Origin: Lama guanicoe
Lineage: Eukaryota
Length of the DNA: 64,000 bases
Direction: 5' to 3'
NCBI GenBank assembly: GCA_013239625.1
Contig: MU054541.1
Span: forward strand, 16,962,567-17,026,566
Under the pieces are notes generated by a model. That model searched no databases and was not told the origin of the DNA. It saw nothing but the letters and a program-made list of their open reading frames with translations. The position numbers and the translations under genes were made by a program. Of the stretch, positions 25,230 through 35,490 are shown piece by piece; the stretch's first letter is position 1, and each line of letters begins with the position of its first letter.

Positions 25230-25940
25230 CAGGCAGCTGAGGTGCATTTCTAGGTTGGAGGTACTTTTCCTTCAGAACTTTGCAGCTCTGCTCCCTTGCC
25301 TTTAATTTTCATGTTTCCGTGGGAACCTGGGCCACTCTTCCTCCTTGTCCCCACGACCCCTGCACAGGCATCTCGGTCCCCAAGCTCTGAGACCCTGTGG
25401 GACTGGCATGTAGTCCTGGCCGTAATCTGGGTGCTCTGCAGGGCCTTTCAGTCTGGAAACGCATATTCTGCTCTGATCAATTTTCTGATTTCATTTAAAA
25501 TAACTTCTGTCCTTACTCTGCCTCTGGAAATCCTATTATACTGACCTCTTGAGGCCATCTTCCAATTTTTATCTTCCCTGTTCACAGCTACATCTTTTTG
25601 CTCTACTTTCTGGAAGGTTTCCTTAATTTGATCTTCAAAATCTCCTCTTGAATTCTTAATTTTCTGAATTTTTTTCAACTTATAAATCTTTTTTTTCCAA
25701 ATTGTCCTTCTTCATGTTGGCTTTGGTTTCTCTGATGTCTTCCCTTATTTCTCTGAAGACATTAGCAATGGTGTGTGTGAAGTTTTTGTTCCGTCCTGTT
25801 TTTTAATTACCTTCTCTGTTCTGTTTCCTCCAAGCTGCTGTTTTCCATTTGCCTGTTGTTGCCTGATTGGTGTCTTCCGTAAGTGTGGTTTTCCTCACAT
25901 GCCTGTCTCCTAATCCTTGGCTTTCTGCTCATGTTTAGAA
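25230..25940 (-). mobile_element. HAL1 or old L1ME ORF1-region fragment
   Basis: The minus ORF 25448-25678 reads KIKNSRGDFEDQIKETFQKVEQKD, similar to the HAL1/L1 ORF1 coiled coil IKNSIEGLEDKVEEISQKVEQKD; T-rich + strand. Confidence 0.7.
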
Positions 25941-26055
25941 GTGGGGGACTAAAGAGCCGGGCGGGGGTGCTGAGGACGTGGTTAGAGCGTGGTGGCTTTT
26001 GGTCATTCTAGTGCTCAGAGGGCCATTCAGATGGAGACTGAGCCCAGAGTAGAGT

Positions 26056-26191
26056 CCCCAGCCTCCCCGAGAAGGGGACCAGCCTGACCCCAGCCTCCCC
26101 CCAGAAGGGGACCAGCCTGACCCCAGCCTCCCCCCAGAAGGGGACCAGCCTGACCCCAGCCTCCCCCTGGAAGGGGACCAGCCTGACCCCA
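26056..26191. repeat. Minisatellite (VNTR), 33-bp unit CCCCAGCCTCCCCCCAGAAGGGGACCAGCCTGA, about 4.1 copies
   Basis: Units start at 26056 (32 bp), 26088, 26121 and 26154; copies 2 and 3 are identical. Confidence 0.95.
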
Positions 26192-27496
26192 ATACCCGGC
26201 TTGGGGACAAGGAGTCTCAGGGTTCAGAGTACAACCCACTTACCTTTCCTGTTCGCCACGTGGTGGCCCCAGCCTTGCGGGTCCCAGTGGCCTTCTCCAA
26301 CGATGAAATACTATCCCAGTGCTGTCAAAAAAGTGAATCGAAGCTAGAACATTCCAATGATGGACCAGAAATAAAGCTTGTGAGGCCAGTTTATGTCTCT
26401 GATACCAAACTTATGCCCACAGTCCAGCCATGATCAACTTTGAATATCTATCCTCAGTGACACCGTAATCCACATGGCCAAGTAACTAATGCTCTATTCT
26501 GGCCTTTGATCCCCACGCAACCTGATCCAGATTTGATCACAGACTGTCCTGTTGTCACAGGTTTCATCTCCAGCTGATGAGACAAACCAGTTCTGACTGA
26601 AGATAAGCATGAAAGTCAAACATTGCTTTGTAACTTTTCTTTCTTTGCTCAAAGGTTCCATTTGTAAAAATATTCAAGTTATATAGTGTTTTTTTTTAGT
26701 TTGGATGTTAGTTTGTAGAAATCCAAAGGTCAGCTTTAGGCCAGTGGCTTCATTTCTTTAAAAATGAGGATGGAAAACTCCAGCAAGAAGCTGGTTTTGA
26801 AACCGGTGAACATACGCCCTCAATTTATGACAAGGGAGGGGGGCAGGCGGCTGACCCTTAACTGTCATCAACTGTGGACGTTTAAGGAAAAACCCTTGAG
26901 TTCAGACACCGTAGTAGCTGAATTGGGGAGGACGAGATGCTGATACACCTCTCTTGGTGGGAAGTGAGCCAATTCGTTATGTGGTTTCTGGAGGTTTCAT
27001 CATCTGAGATGTATTGTGGGGCCACCCTGACTGGCAGAGTGAGAGGACTTGTGTGCAGGAAAGGGATGCAATGAATGGTTAAGTAGTGTCTGAAACTTAC
27101 TCTGAAATGGAATGCACAGGATTTACAGTGAATATCCCTAACACTACAAAAATGGAAAGTAGAAGACATGAATTAATTCACAGTAATTGATTTTATCAAG
27201 GATAGTCTAAAGAACAAAATCTTTGAAGTCCCTGAAAGTTGCCCAGTTCCTTATTCTGGCTGATCTGTTCATTTCTAAAGTCTTAACTTCTGAACCCACC
27301 ATGATTTTTTTTTTAAAGAGGGGAGAAACCCTACCTTTTTTGAAATAGATCTGGAAAGGCTTTGGTTCACTGTTGCCCTAGAAGTCGGTGAAGCATCAAC
27401 TCCCGAGTTCCCACGCTCCCGCAGGGGGAGGGGCTGCGGCCCCGCCAGGTGCTCCCGAGCGGTTAGGGGCTGACCGAGTCTCTGTCTCCTTTACAG

Positions 27497-27593
27497 GTGG
27501 GAAGGAAAGGATGAAAATGAGGTGGGCAGATGCAAGGAGACCGGTAAAGTGCACGTGACCGTGGATCTCAAGTACTACCGGCCCACTGAAGTG
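27497..27593 (+). CDS. GMDS: GDP-mannose 4,6-dehydratase internal coding exon (exon 9 by human numbering), 97 nt, starts phase 2, ends phase 0
   Basis: G+TGG... translates [32 protein letters not shown], including the GMD motif YYRPTEV. The first G completes the GT left by the previous exon to give GTG (Val). Branch CTGAC at 27470-27474, acceptor tctctgtctcctttacAG ends at 27496, donor GTGAGG at 27594. Confidence 0.97.
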
Positions 27594-27602
27594 GTGAGGA
27601 CG

Positions 27603-27700
27603 CGGGGCCGGGCGGGTGGAAAATGGGCCACGTGGGCGGGGTGGGGCGGGGCCACACGGGCGGGGCGGGGCCACGCTGCGGCCTGGGGTGGGTCGGGGGA
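27603..27700 (+). repeat. G-run/GC-box low-complexity repeat just downstream of the exon 9 donor
   Basis: gggccacgtgggcggggtggggcggggccacacgggcggggcggggccacgc; more than 12 GGG runs. Confidence 0.8.
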
Positions 27701-30559
27701 GGCTCTGACAATCCTACACGCGCGGCCACGCCCCACGGCTCGGGGCTCTGTCACCTCCGGTGCGCACTTCCCAGACCAGAGTCCAGGTGGCTGGATCTGA
27801 GATGTTCTTGTCGCCATGAAATCCACTGCTGAGTAAAGGAAAACCAGGGTCCAACACACCCAGGGAAACGGTTGCTTTCAGAAATGGAGGTTCATGTCAA
27901 AGGCAGAGCTCATCAGTTGAGTCACCGGGCTGATGGCCGAGCCCGGGTCCCTGCAGGACGTCTGCCTCCCCAGGCCCCGCGACCTGCAGGGCTGGAGATC
28001 AGGAGGGCCGCTGCTGCCGGGGCCGGCGCTCACTCGCACACTCACGTGCACACTCACGCGTGCTCACACTCTCCTGCACCCCCGCGTGCATTCACAGCCC
28101 GAGCCCGGGAGCCCTGCACACTTGTTAGGCCTCAGCTCCAGTGTCGTCCTGCTCATGAACCCTTTTCGGGCCACATCTTTCCACCGCCGGAATTTCTGCC
28201 CTCCCCTGCCCGTGTGATGCGCCGCACGCAGCTATATCGCAACAGCTATTGTAATTCATTGTGCTCACCTGTTTTCATGTTTTTCTCCAAAGAGTTTCTC
28301 CAAACTGTGAGCTCTTTGAGGATAAGGACGTTTCAGTATCTTAGACGATAACAAACGCAGAGCTTGACACACGCTGATGGACAGGCGGGTGGTGGGTAAA
28401 GGCCTGCGTCTCTAAATACAGGACTTCCCACAGTGAGAGATGACGCAGAGGTTGTTAGAAGGTAACCTCCTGCTTTCCCCAATTATGAAAACTTCCCGCT
28501 TGGTGTTGTCATGTTACTGTATTCCCCCTCACTCTGGTGGCTACACTCTGTGCAAAATGCCCCTAATGGTGACAGAAAGCAGTGTCTTCAGAGGGAAGTG
28601 CTCAAGCCCGGTGATTGCCTCACGTCTGTTAACTGCGAAGGGAGACTCATTTGGACTGTTCTACCTGCGTTTTGAACCACATTGCCGTCTGGCGCACAAC
28701 CTCTGCGGGACTGGGCAGCCCGGGGAGGGAAGGCTGAAAGTCAGCGCGTCGGCACTGAGCACCCCTCGAAAGGTCTCGTTTCAGACAAAAGAAGGAGCTT
28801 CGTTCCACGCGCTCGTCCGCACGGGGGTGAAGGAGGGCAAGCGGCCGCGAGGGGAGCGGGCTCGGGCTGGGCACCATCCTGCCAGGCCGGGCCAGGCGGG
28901 GCTCCCCGGCCAACAGTGGTGTCCTGAGCTGCTGGGGTGGGTGCACCCGGGAGAGGATGTGCTGAGGGCGGGGGACACACCCGCCGACACAGCAGGGCCT
29001 GTCTGGAGCCCCCTCTTCGAGAGGGGTGCCCCAGCCGCCCCTTCCCTGAGCTCTGAGATGCCCTGAACCGGCTCATCCCACGGGGGGAATTCCTGAACCA
29101 GCAGCAACCTCGACCCTCTCAACAGCTGAAATGCGGCCCCCTCTCTCTCCTTTCTCAAAATAGTTTCAAAAGCTAGGAAGTCGTAAGAGTGGCCTGGCAG
29201 TCTTCTTCCTTGGGCAAGGCGTGGGGCTGAGGACAGGACGAGAGGGCTCGCCCAACAGGAAAAGGGCCCTTGGGCTAATGAGACGGTCCTCCGAGTCCGG
29301 CCGACCCTGCTTCCTGCCGAGACTCTCCCCACGTTTCTTTGGTTCGTGGAAACGTCACCACCACACCCGTCGTGCAGGTCCGTCTGCCAGGGGGTCATCT
29401 GCGCATCAGAGCCGTGTCCTGTTTCTCAGGCTTGCTTTTTCTTCGGCTCTCGCTCTCCTCCGATTCCCTACACTGCTGGATTGTGGACTTCCTGCTGCGC
29501 TTCATCTTTCTCAGCCTGCAGGCTACACTTGTCCTGTCCCCGCCTCTCGGCCTCGGTCTGCGGGGTGGGCTCCTCGCCGACAAGCAGACCTCACTTTTAA
29601 ACTTGTTTCTCAGAGCGGTGGTTTTCCCAGAACTTGGATTGACTTAGCCTTCCGCTGAGCCACCCCGGAGGAGGGTGACCGGGACGGCAGGCTGCCCCAG
29701 GAGGGAGCTCACGCACAGGTTCGGGGCCGACAGCTCCAGGGAGTCGTGGGCATGAATCCTGCAAACCCCTGGACATGGGGTGACCCAGCCGTTCTCCCGC
29801 ATCTGAGTCGTGATCCCCCTTCTCTGGGTCAAGTCCATCCCACCGGTGCTTCTGGCAACTTCTCATTCTTCCTTGAGTTCTAGAGAAGTGTGTTCTCCTG
29901 ACTGGCCTGTCTCGCATCCTCAGCACGTGGGCCACTCCGAAGCCAAAGGCATAAGCTAGATCTTAAAGTCAGGTGGCTCCAAGGATGACCGAAAGAAAAA
30001 ATAACCGTGAAGAAAACGGAGGAGCTGTGGGGAGCAGTAAGGACGTCTCAGGCCTCGGAACACCAGCATCCTCAAGCCAGACCCAGGGAGGTAAAGCTCT
30101 GGGTTGTTGTTTGAATGAGAGTCAGACCAAGGCTGATGTTTACCTGTGGCGGGCCAGCGCGACCACCAGGGAGCCGACCTCGGGGCCGATCACGCTTTCC
30201 TTGTGGGCTTTGCCACCACAGAACCTTCAGGCCTGCTCCTGCGCCAACAAGGGGACCTGAAAGTTTTTGTCCTGCACAGAGGACCCTGGCATTCAGTTAG
30301 AACCGATTTGTGTTCCCTCCCTATAAAGCTCTGGGCTTCCCTTGAACGTCTCGGAGTTCTGCTGCCATGGAGAGCTTGACCCTGGATGATAGACCTTCAG
30401 GTTCCCATTGCCCCTGCATCCCAGCATTTGGTGATGGCAATGTCAGTACTGGAGCTCTGTGCCTCTCCAGCCTCCTGGCCCGTCCCCAGTGTTCTCTGCA
30501 TGTGTCCATGTGCACAGAGCCCTCGCCACCTGCGTCCACACCTGGACAAGCAGTGGCGC

Positions 30560-30885
30560 TGACCGCTGAGTTCAAAGCTGTCCCTCACCAGGTGGTGACC
30601 CGAGGCGGGTGCCTCCACAGTGCCTCTGTTCGCCTGTCTTTAAAAATGGGATTAAGAGTAGAACCTCTTTGAGGGGAGGGCATAGCTCAGCGGAAGTGCG
30701 CGTGCTTAGCGTGCACGAGGTCCTGGGTTCAATCCACAGTGCCTCCATTTAATTAGTTAATTAACTAATTTAAAAAATTAATAGAATCTCTTCCAAAAAG
30801 TTGCTGGAGAATTGATGGGGTCGGTGATACAAAATGCTCCTCAGAACAGTGCCTGGCTCACAGTAAAATACCCAATATTGATGTT
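30560..30885 (+). mobile_element. MIR SINE interrupted by a younger tRNA-derived SINE
   Basis: Left part gtgcctctgttcgcctgtctttaaaaatgggattaagagtagaacc; right part cagaacagtgcctggctcacagtaa. Confidence 0.7.
30673..30781 (+). mobile_element. tRNA-Ala(AGC)-derived SINE, Vic-1 type (camelid)
   Basis: GGGGAGGGCATAGCTCAGCGGAAGTGCGCGTGCTTAGCGTGCACGAGGTCCTGGGTTCAATCCACAGTGCCTCCA has A and B boxes, then an AT-rich tail. It is flanked by a target-site duplication tagaacctctt (30659-30669) / tagaatctctt (30782-30792). Confidence 0.88.
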
Positions 30886-30889
30886 GTTA

Positions 30890-30990
30890 TTTATTTATTC
30901 ATTCAGCAAATATTTACCACCCCGTGATAGACCCTAAGAATTCAGCAAAGACGAGGCGCAGCCCTCCCGCCCCCTGGAGATGTAGGTGGA
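30890..30990 (-). mobile_element. L2 3'-end fragment
   Basis: ttattcattcagcaaatattta...ccctcccgccccctggagatgtag is antisense to the L2 tail. Confidence 0.55.
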
Positions 30991-31599
30991 GGGTGCGGCT
31001 CGGTTACCACACCCGGTCCGTGTCCCAAGCAGAATGACATCGTTGGTGAATTGTGCGCATTTACCACTAAAAAGCGAATAGAGAGCATGGTAGGATCAGA
31101 GCTTGCAGCAGACAGTAACGTGCACGCACACGCTTTGGCTTTTTTGTTCTTGCTTCATCTTGGTTTTTGTCTTTTCCGATCCTCTGAAGATTCAGCAGCT
31201 GTGCAGTGGAATTGTGTAACTGTGGGAAGTCAGTCCTGACCTATTGACTCAAAACAGCCACAAAGATGCTTTCTTTCTGTTTGAGATTTTTTAACTTGGA
31301 AACCTCACAGAGGTCGGACTGAGGAGCGTGCTTCCTAACGTGCCAAATCTCTGACCACACCCAGCGGTCAATCCACGTAAAGAAGAGAAAACCAAGTTTT
31401 TTCTGCTTTTCAGTGGAACTTTTTTCTGCAGAGCGCTTTAGGAAGGGGCACGGGAAACACATCCACAGGTCAGCATCAAGGGCACCTGTTGTTCCGGAAC
31501 ACCGGAATTTAAGCTCTGCCGGCGGCGGAACTGAGTTCCTCCTCGTGGAGTCCTTTCCTCTGCCGTGCACGTCTCGTGCTGCGGTACTTCTGATGTGCT

Positions 31600-31880
31600 C
31601 AGCTGTGCCTGGCGTTTGTTGTGTTTACTTAGCCACGTAATGTTTAGTCCCATTCTTTACAGACAGTAGAAGGAATTCTGATTAAATTCTAGAGCTGGGA
31701 GAGCAGCGACTTCAAAACCCAGCAAGCTGCTCAAAACGACACCTTCCTCCAGTAAAAACACGCGGCCTGTTTCTAATCGGATTACCGTGTGCTTGTCGAG
31801 TTGTCCTCTCAGCAAACTTTTCCTAGTATTTTCCTGTAAATGCTGTTGAGTTAAACGGCCCATAATTGCTTGGCTATCTC
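31600..31880. promoter_or_regulatory. Candidate enhancer: forkhead site plus K50 paired-homeodomain P3 palindrome
   Basis: TGTTTACTTA at 31622-31631 and TAATCGGATTA at 31774-31784, in unique AT-richer sequence. Motif evidence only. Confidence 0.4.
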
Positions 31881-33111
31881 CTGGCCCTGTTTGGAATACA
31901 GCTGCGTAACACTTTCCAGACCCCAGGCACCTGGTCTGTGGGCAGGAGGCTCGTACACACACCAGTCAGCGCCGCCTCGCCACCTCCACGCACGGGTCGG
32001 AGACTCTCCTCTCCTCCCTCCCGCCTCCTCATGCCTCCCACCCGCCAAGCAGGAACTCGGACCCTCCCTTCCTGCCGCCCCCCGCCCCGCCTCCTGACCC
32101 CTCTGCTCTCACCACCCCCCTCTCCGCTTTGCTCCCTCCAGGTTCCCACGGGTGGGAGCCAGTGCAGGGCGAGTCCCTCCCTTTCTGGTCCCTGGGCCGG
32201 TCCGGGGGGAGGCTGGGCGGCTGGCTCCATGGGCTTGAACTGGCACATCCCCGCACCCTCTGCCTGCAGGGCCGCCAGACCGCGGGGGTGTGGAGTCCTG
32301 CCGCCGGTGCCGCCCCCCGTGCTTCCTCTGCTCTAGTTCTTCTCTGAACTTCTCACTGCTTGTGCTTTACAGATAGTCTGTGTCTCTAAGTCGCTGTTCA
32401 TGTATTCTCGGCCTCTCTCCTGGCTCCTCGCAGTGATCTTTCTATCCTCCCTCAATCGCGCTGGCCTCGCCTGCCCTTTCCCTTCCTTGGACTTAACCAG
32501 CAGAGCTTGAAGTTCCAGTCTCTTCAGCGGATCCTCAGCTATTCCAGGGGGCGGACCCCATACTTCGCAGGACCCCTGCGAAGCCCCCAGGGCGATAACA
32601 TTCCTCCCAAAGCCTGTGTCCTTCCCTCAAGAATGTCTTGTCCCTGATGAGATAATAATTGTGTCCCCACTGGAGTGCCCCCAAGTTCCTCCTGGTGTTC
32701 CTTGAAGCTGTTACGATTAGATCCAGATTAGGATGATCTCATTACAGGTTCGAAGGTCTCTGTCATTGTGCATAGCTATGTGCCTTCCCTTATTTGAAAT
32801 GTTTTTTTGCACATCCTGGAAACTCTCTAGCATCCTTACTGCAGACGCTTGCATTCCTGGCACCAGTAGGGAGTTCCTGTAAAATCTGTGCCTTTCTTCC
32901 CAGAAAGCCGTCCAGGTCCTGACTGCCCTCGTGTGTAATCATAGCGGTGACCTCTTGGCATCTGGGAAATAAGCTCCAGAATCTTGGAAGTCCCTCTGGG
33001 CCGCTGCAGCCACTTCCCTGGGGAAGAGCTGGGGTCCACCTGCCAGGCGGGGCCCAGGTGCCTCGCAGACCGAGCCCTGCGGGAGGCGGGGCTCCCCGCT
33101 TCAGCCTCATC

Positions 33112-33135
33112 CCCGGCCCGGCCCGGCCCGGCCCG
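33112..33135. repeat. (CCCGG)n pentanucleotide repeat, about 5 units
   Basis: cccggcccggcccggcccggcccg. Confidence 0.9.
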
Positions 33136-34099
33136 TGAGCTCTCCATCCCAGAATCTGAGAAGCCCCGATTGGCTGCTCTTTGCCTGCTTTTCACGCAGC
33201 TCTGCAGTGGTCTCCCTGCTCGAACAGCCGTATCTAACTTCTGAAGTAACTGTAGTTCAGGACTCTTTGTTCCCGGAGCTTTCACAGGTAACACTGTCCC
33301 TCTTTCTGTTTCCTGCTCTGCTCTGCTTTACGCTCCCAGCAAGGCCAGCCCTTCCACAGCAAGTCTGATTTCTCTCCCGGCGCACAGCTCGCCTGCGAGA
33401 GCCGCCTCGCCACGTCTTCTGACGTTGCGCCTGGTGTCTGCCCGGGGCTCCTGCCGGCCTGAGCCTCGCCCTCGAGCCACCCCGGCCTCGCACCCACACC
33501 CCGGACTCCCGCAGCCCGGTTTCCTCGCTCACTGTCGCACCTGCCAGCACAGCTGCCGCGTGCTTGGCGGCCGTTGTCAGAAACCTCCGAGGTAGTGTCC
33601 GCAGCTGATGGCCTTGCTGACTCCGAGCTCGGCTCTGTCCTACGCGGTTACACCTCGTGTGCTGGGCCTGGCGGTAAATCCCTGGTTCCATTCACCGCCG
33701 TTTAGAACAGACTGTACTTAAGAGCAGACTCCAGCCTTGCCTTTTGTGACGCTGCAGAAGGCGTCCCTGGTGGGGGAGGCACGCGCGGCTTCGTGACACC
33801 TGTTGTGAGAATACCGCAGGTCCTGAAGGTTTCTCCAGTTTTTGGCATTCATTACAGCAGTCCTTTAAGTAGGCATTCATCGTGAGCATATAAAATACAA
33901 TTCTCATTTCCCTTCAGCTTCTCAGAAGATGTCAGTGTTTATAAAACAGAGTATCCTCATGTGATTGTGGTCTTAGAGATTTACTGCAAAAGGAGTGTCT
34001 GTTGAGTCCCTGCTGTGGACGTGAGCCCTCGTAGCACCGTGGGATGGACGCGGGCGGGCGAGGGGAGGCCCCTGTCCGACAGTGACTGTCCCCAGGTGA

Positions 34100-34505
34100 G
34101 GGGGCAGCGCGGAGCTGTGGGCCAGTCCAGGGCGGGACCAGGGGAGCTCACTGAACCGGGGCAGTGGAGGCGAGAAACACACAGAGAGATGCCAGGACGT
34201 TGCAGGGAGGGGGACCAGGGGTTGGGGACCAGGTCGGATGGTGCCGTGGTGGACGGGCAGGATGTGAGGGTTAGCAGTGAAGGGTGGTGGCGGCCTAGAT
34301 GCCGAAGCCCCCCCAGAGGCCCGGGAAGAGGACTCACTTGCAGCGGGGGCATCGAGCTGGCGCTGGGAGGTGGTGGAGGGAGGTGAGGTTTAGGGCCAGA
34401 CATGCAGGAGGAGAAGTGAGGCCCTGGGAGGAGCACTGGGGGAGGCGGGTGTGGGAGGCAGGAGCTGGGTGGATGCAGGAGTTAAGTCTCAGGAACAGGT
34501 TGTGA
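34100..34505 (-). mobile_element. Diverged L2 fragment
   Basis: gtccagggcggga..ggggcagtggaggcgagaaa..gaggtttagggccagacatg..gtctcaggaacaggt follows the order of antisense L2 motifs. Confidence 0.5.
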
Positions 34506-35322
34506 AGAAGTTGGTTACGAATTCACACACTAAGCATTTGTATCCACAAGCCATAGAGCTGACTAAAGTGCCTTCGCCCTCGGTAATTATCCCCTGCCTT
34601 CAGGGCTCCTCGAGGCTTAAAGGACTGACACGAAAGAGCTGCCATTAGCTGGTAGTGATTGCCATCTCAGTCCAGGCAAAGCTGAATTTCAGATGTAAGC
34701 AGAGACCTCATTTCAAATTGATGTGTCCTGGAAGGCCGGATGCGACGCGCTGGACAATCCTCCAAGATGAAAGGGCTCCCGGAAGTACAGGCGCCTGGCG
34801 CTGCGTGTTGCCACCTTTGTTACTGTCATCATCCTAATTATCGTCATCATCACCGTCAGGTTCTCCTGTGGCATCGCTGGTATCAGAAGACATCTGAGCG
34901 GACTCCCTGAGCCCTTCGCTCCTGAGGTTTTCTTTTATTTAAATGTTCGCTTCTGTACCTGGGCAGCTTCCTGCAGAAAGGATGCTGGCTCTCAGCACCG
35001 CCAGCCTTGATCTCCTGCCCCAGGGGTGGACGCGGTGAGGGTGGTGAGAGAGGGGGCGTGGAGTGGGCAGCCTTCTCTGACTCTGCCTGCACTCCACATC
35101 CCCGGAGGCTCTCCAGGCCTGAGAGCCAGCAAGTTCCATGGCTGCTCCCAGAATTTAGGTATCGCTCACAGGCCAGAGATCAACCGCCAAAGAGAAGACC
35201 CCGGACCGCCTCCCTCCCTTATCTGCCGACCCCACCCCCTCCTCCCCGGAAATCCTCCTGCGAAAACCTCTCTCTGCACTTGCTCTGAGAGCTGGCCGGA
35301 TGTCACCTTTACAGCCTCAAAT

Positions 35323-35490
35323 CTGTCTTGCTTCCCTGCTGCTGTTACAACAAATCATCACAAACTTAGCAGCTTAAAACTGCACAGATTCATTATCTCG
35401 GGGATCTAGAGGTCGGAGGTCTGTGTTGCATTTCACTGGACTAAAATCAAGGCGTTGACGAAGCTGTGTACCGTCTAGAGGCTCGAGGGT
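35323..35490 (-). mobile_element. MaLR LTR fragment (MLT1D/E-like)
   Basis: gctgctgttacaacaaatcatcacaaacttagcagcttaaaactgcacagattcattatc..cactggactaaaatcaaggcgttg..ctagaggctc matches the MLT1 LTR end. Confidence 0.8.

Larger units (their letters stand above)
11570..27496 (+). other. GMDS: Complete GMDS intron 8, 15,927 nt, GT-AG, phase 2
   Basis: Bounded by the two in-frame exons; begins GTGAGT and ends TACAG. Confidence 0.93.

Noticed and set aside
26056-26191. CRISPR-like array (33-bp repeats)
   Set aside because: Head-to-tail units with no unique spacers, no cas genes, mammalian context.
27522-27800. 92-aa ORF starting [12 protein letters not shown] as a standalone gene
   Set aside because: Only the first part is GMDS exon 9; the rest is read-through into the intron past the donor at 27594.
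30673-30747. Functional tRNA-Ala(AGC) gene
   Set aside because: Mismatches in the D and T stems, a bulged acceptor stem with extra 5' Gs, an AT-rich tail and a target-site duplication inside a MIR indicate a SINE insertion.
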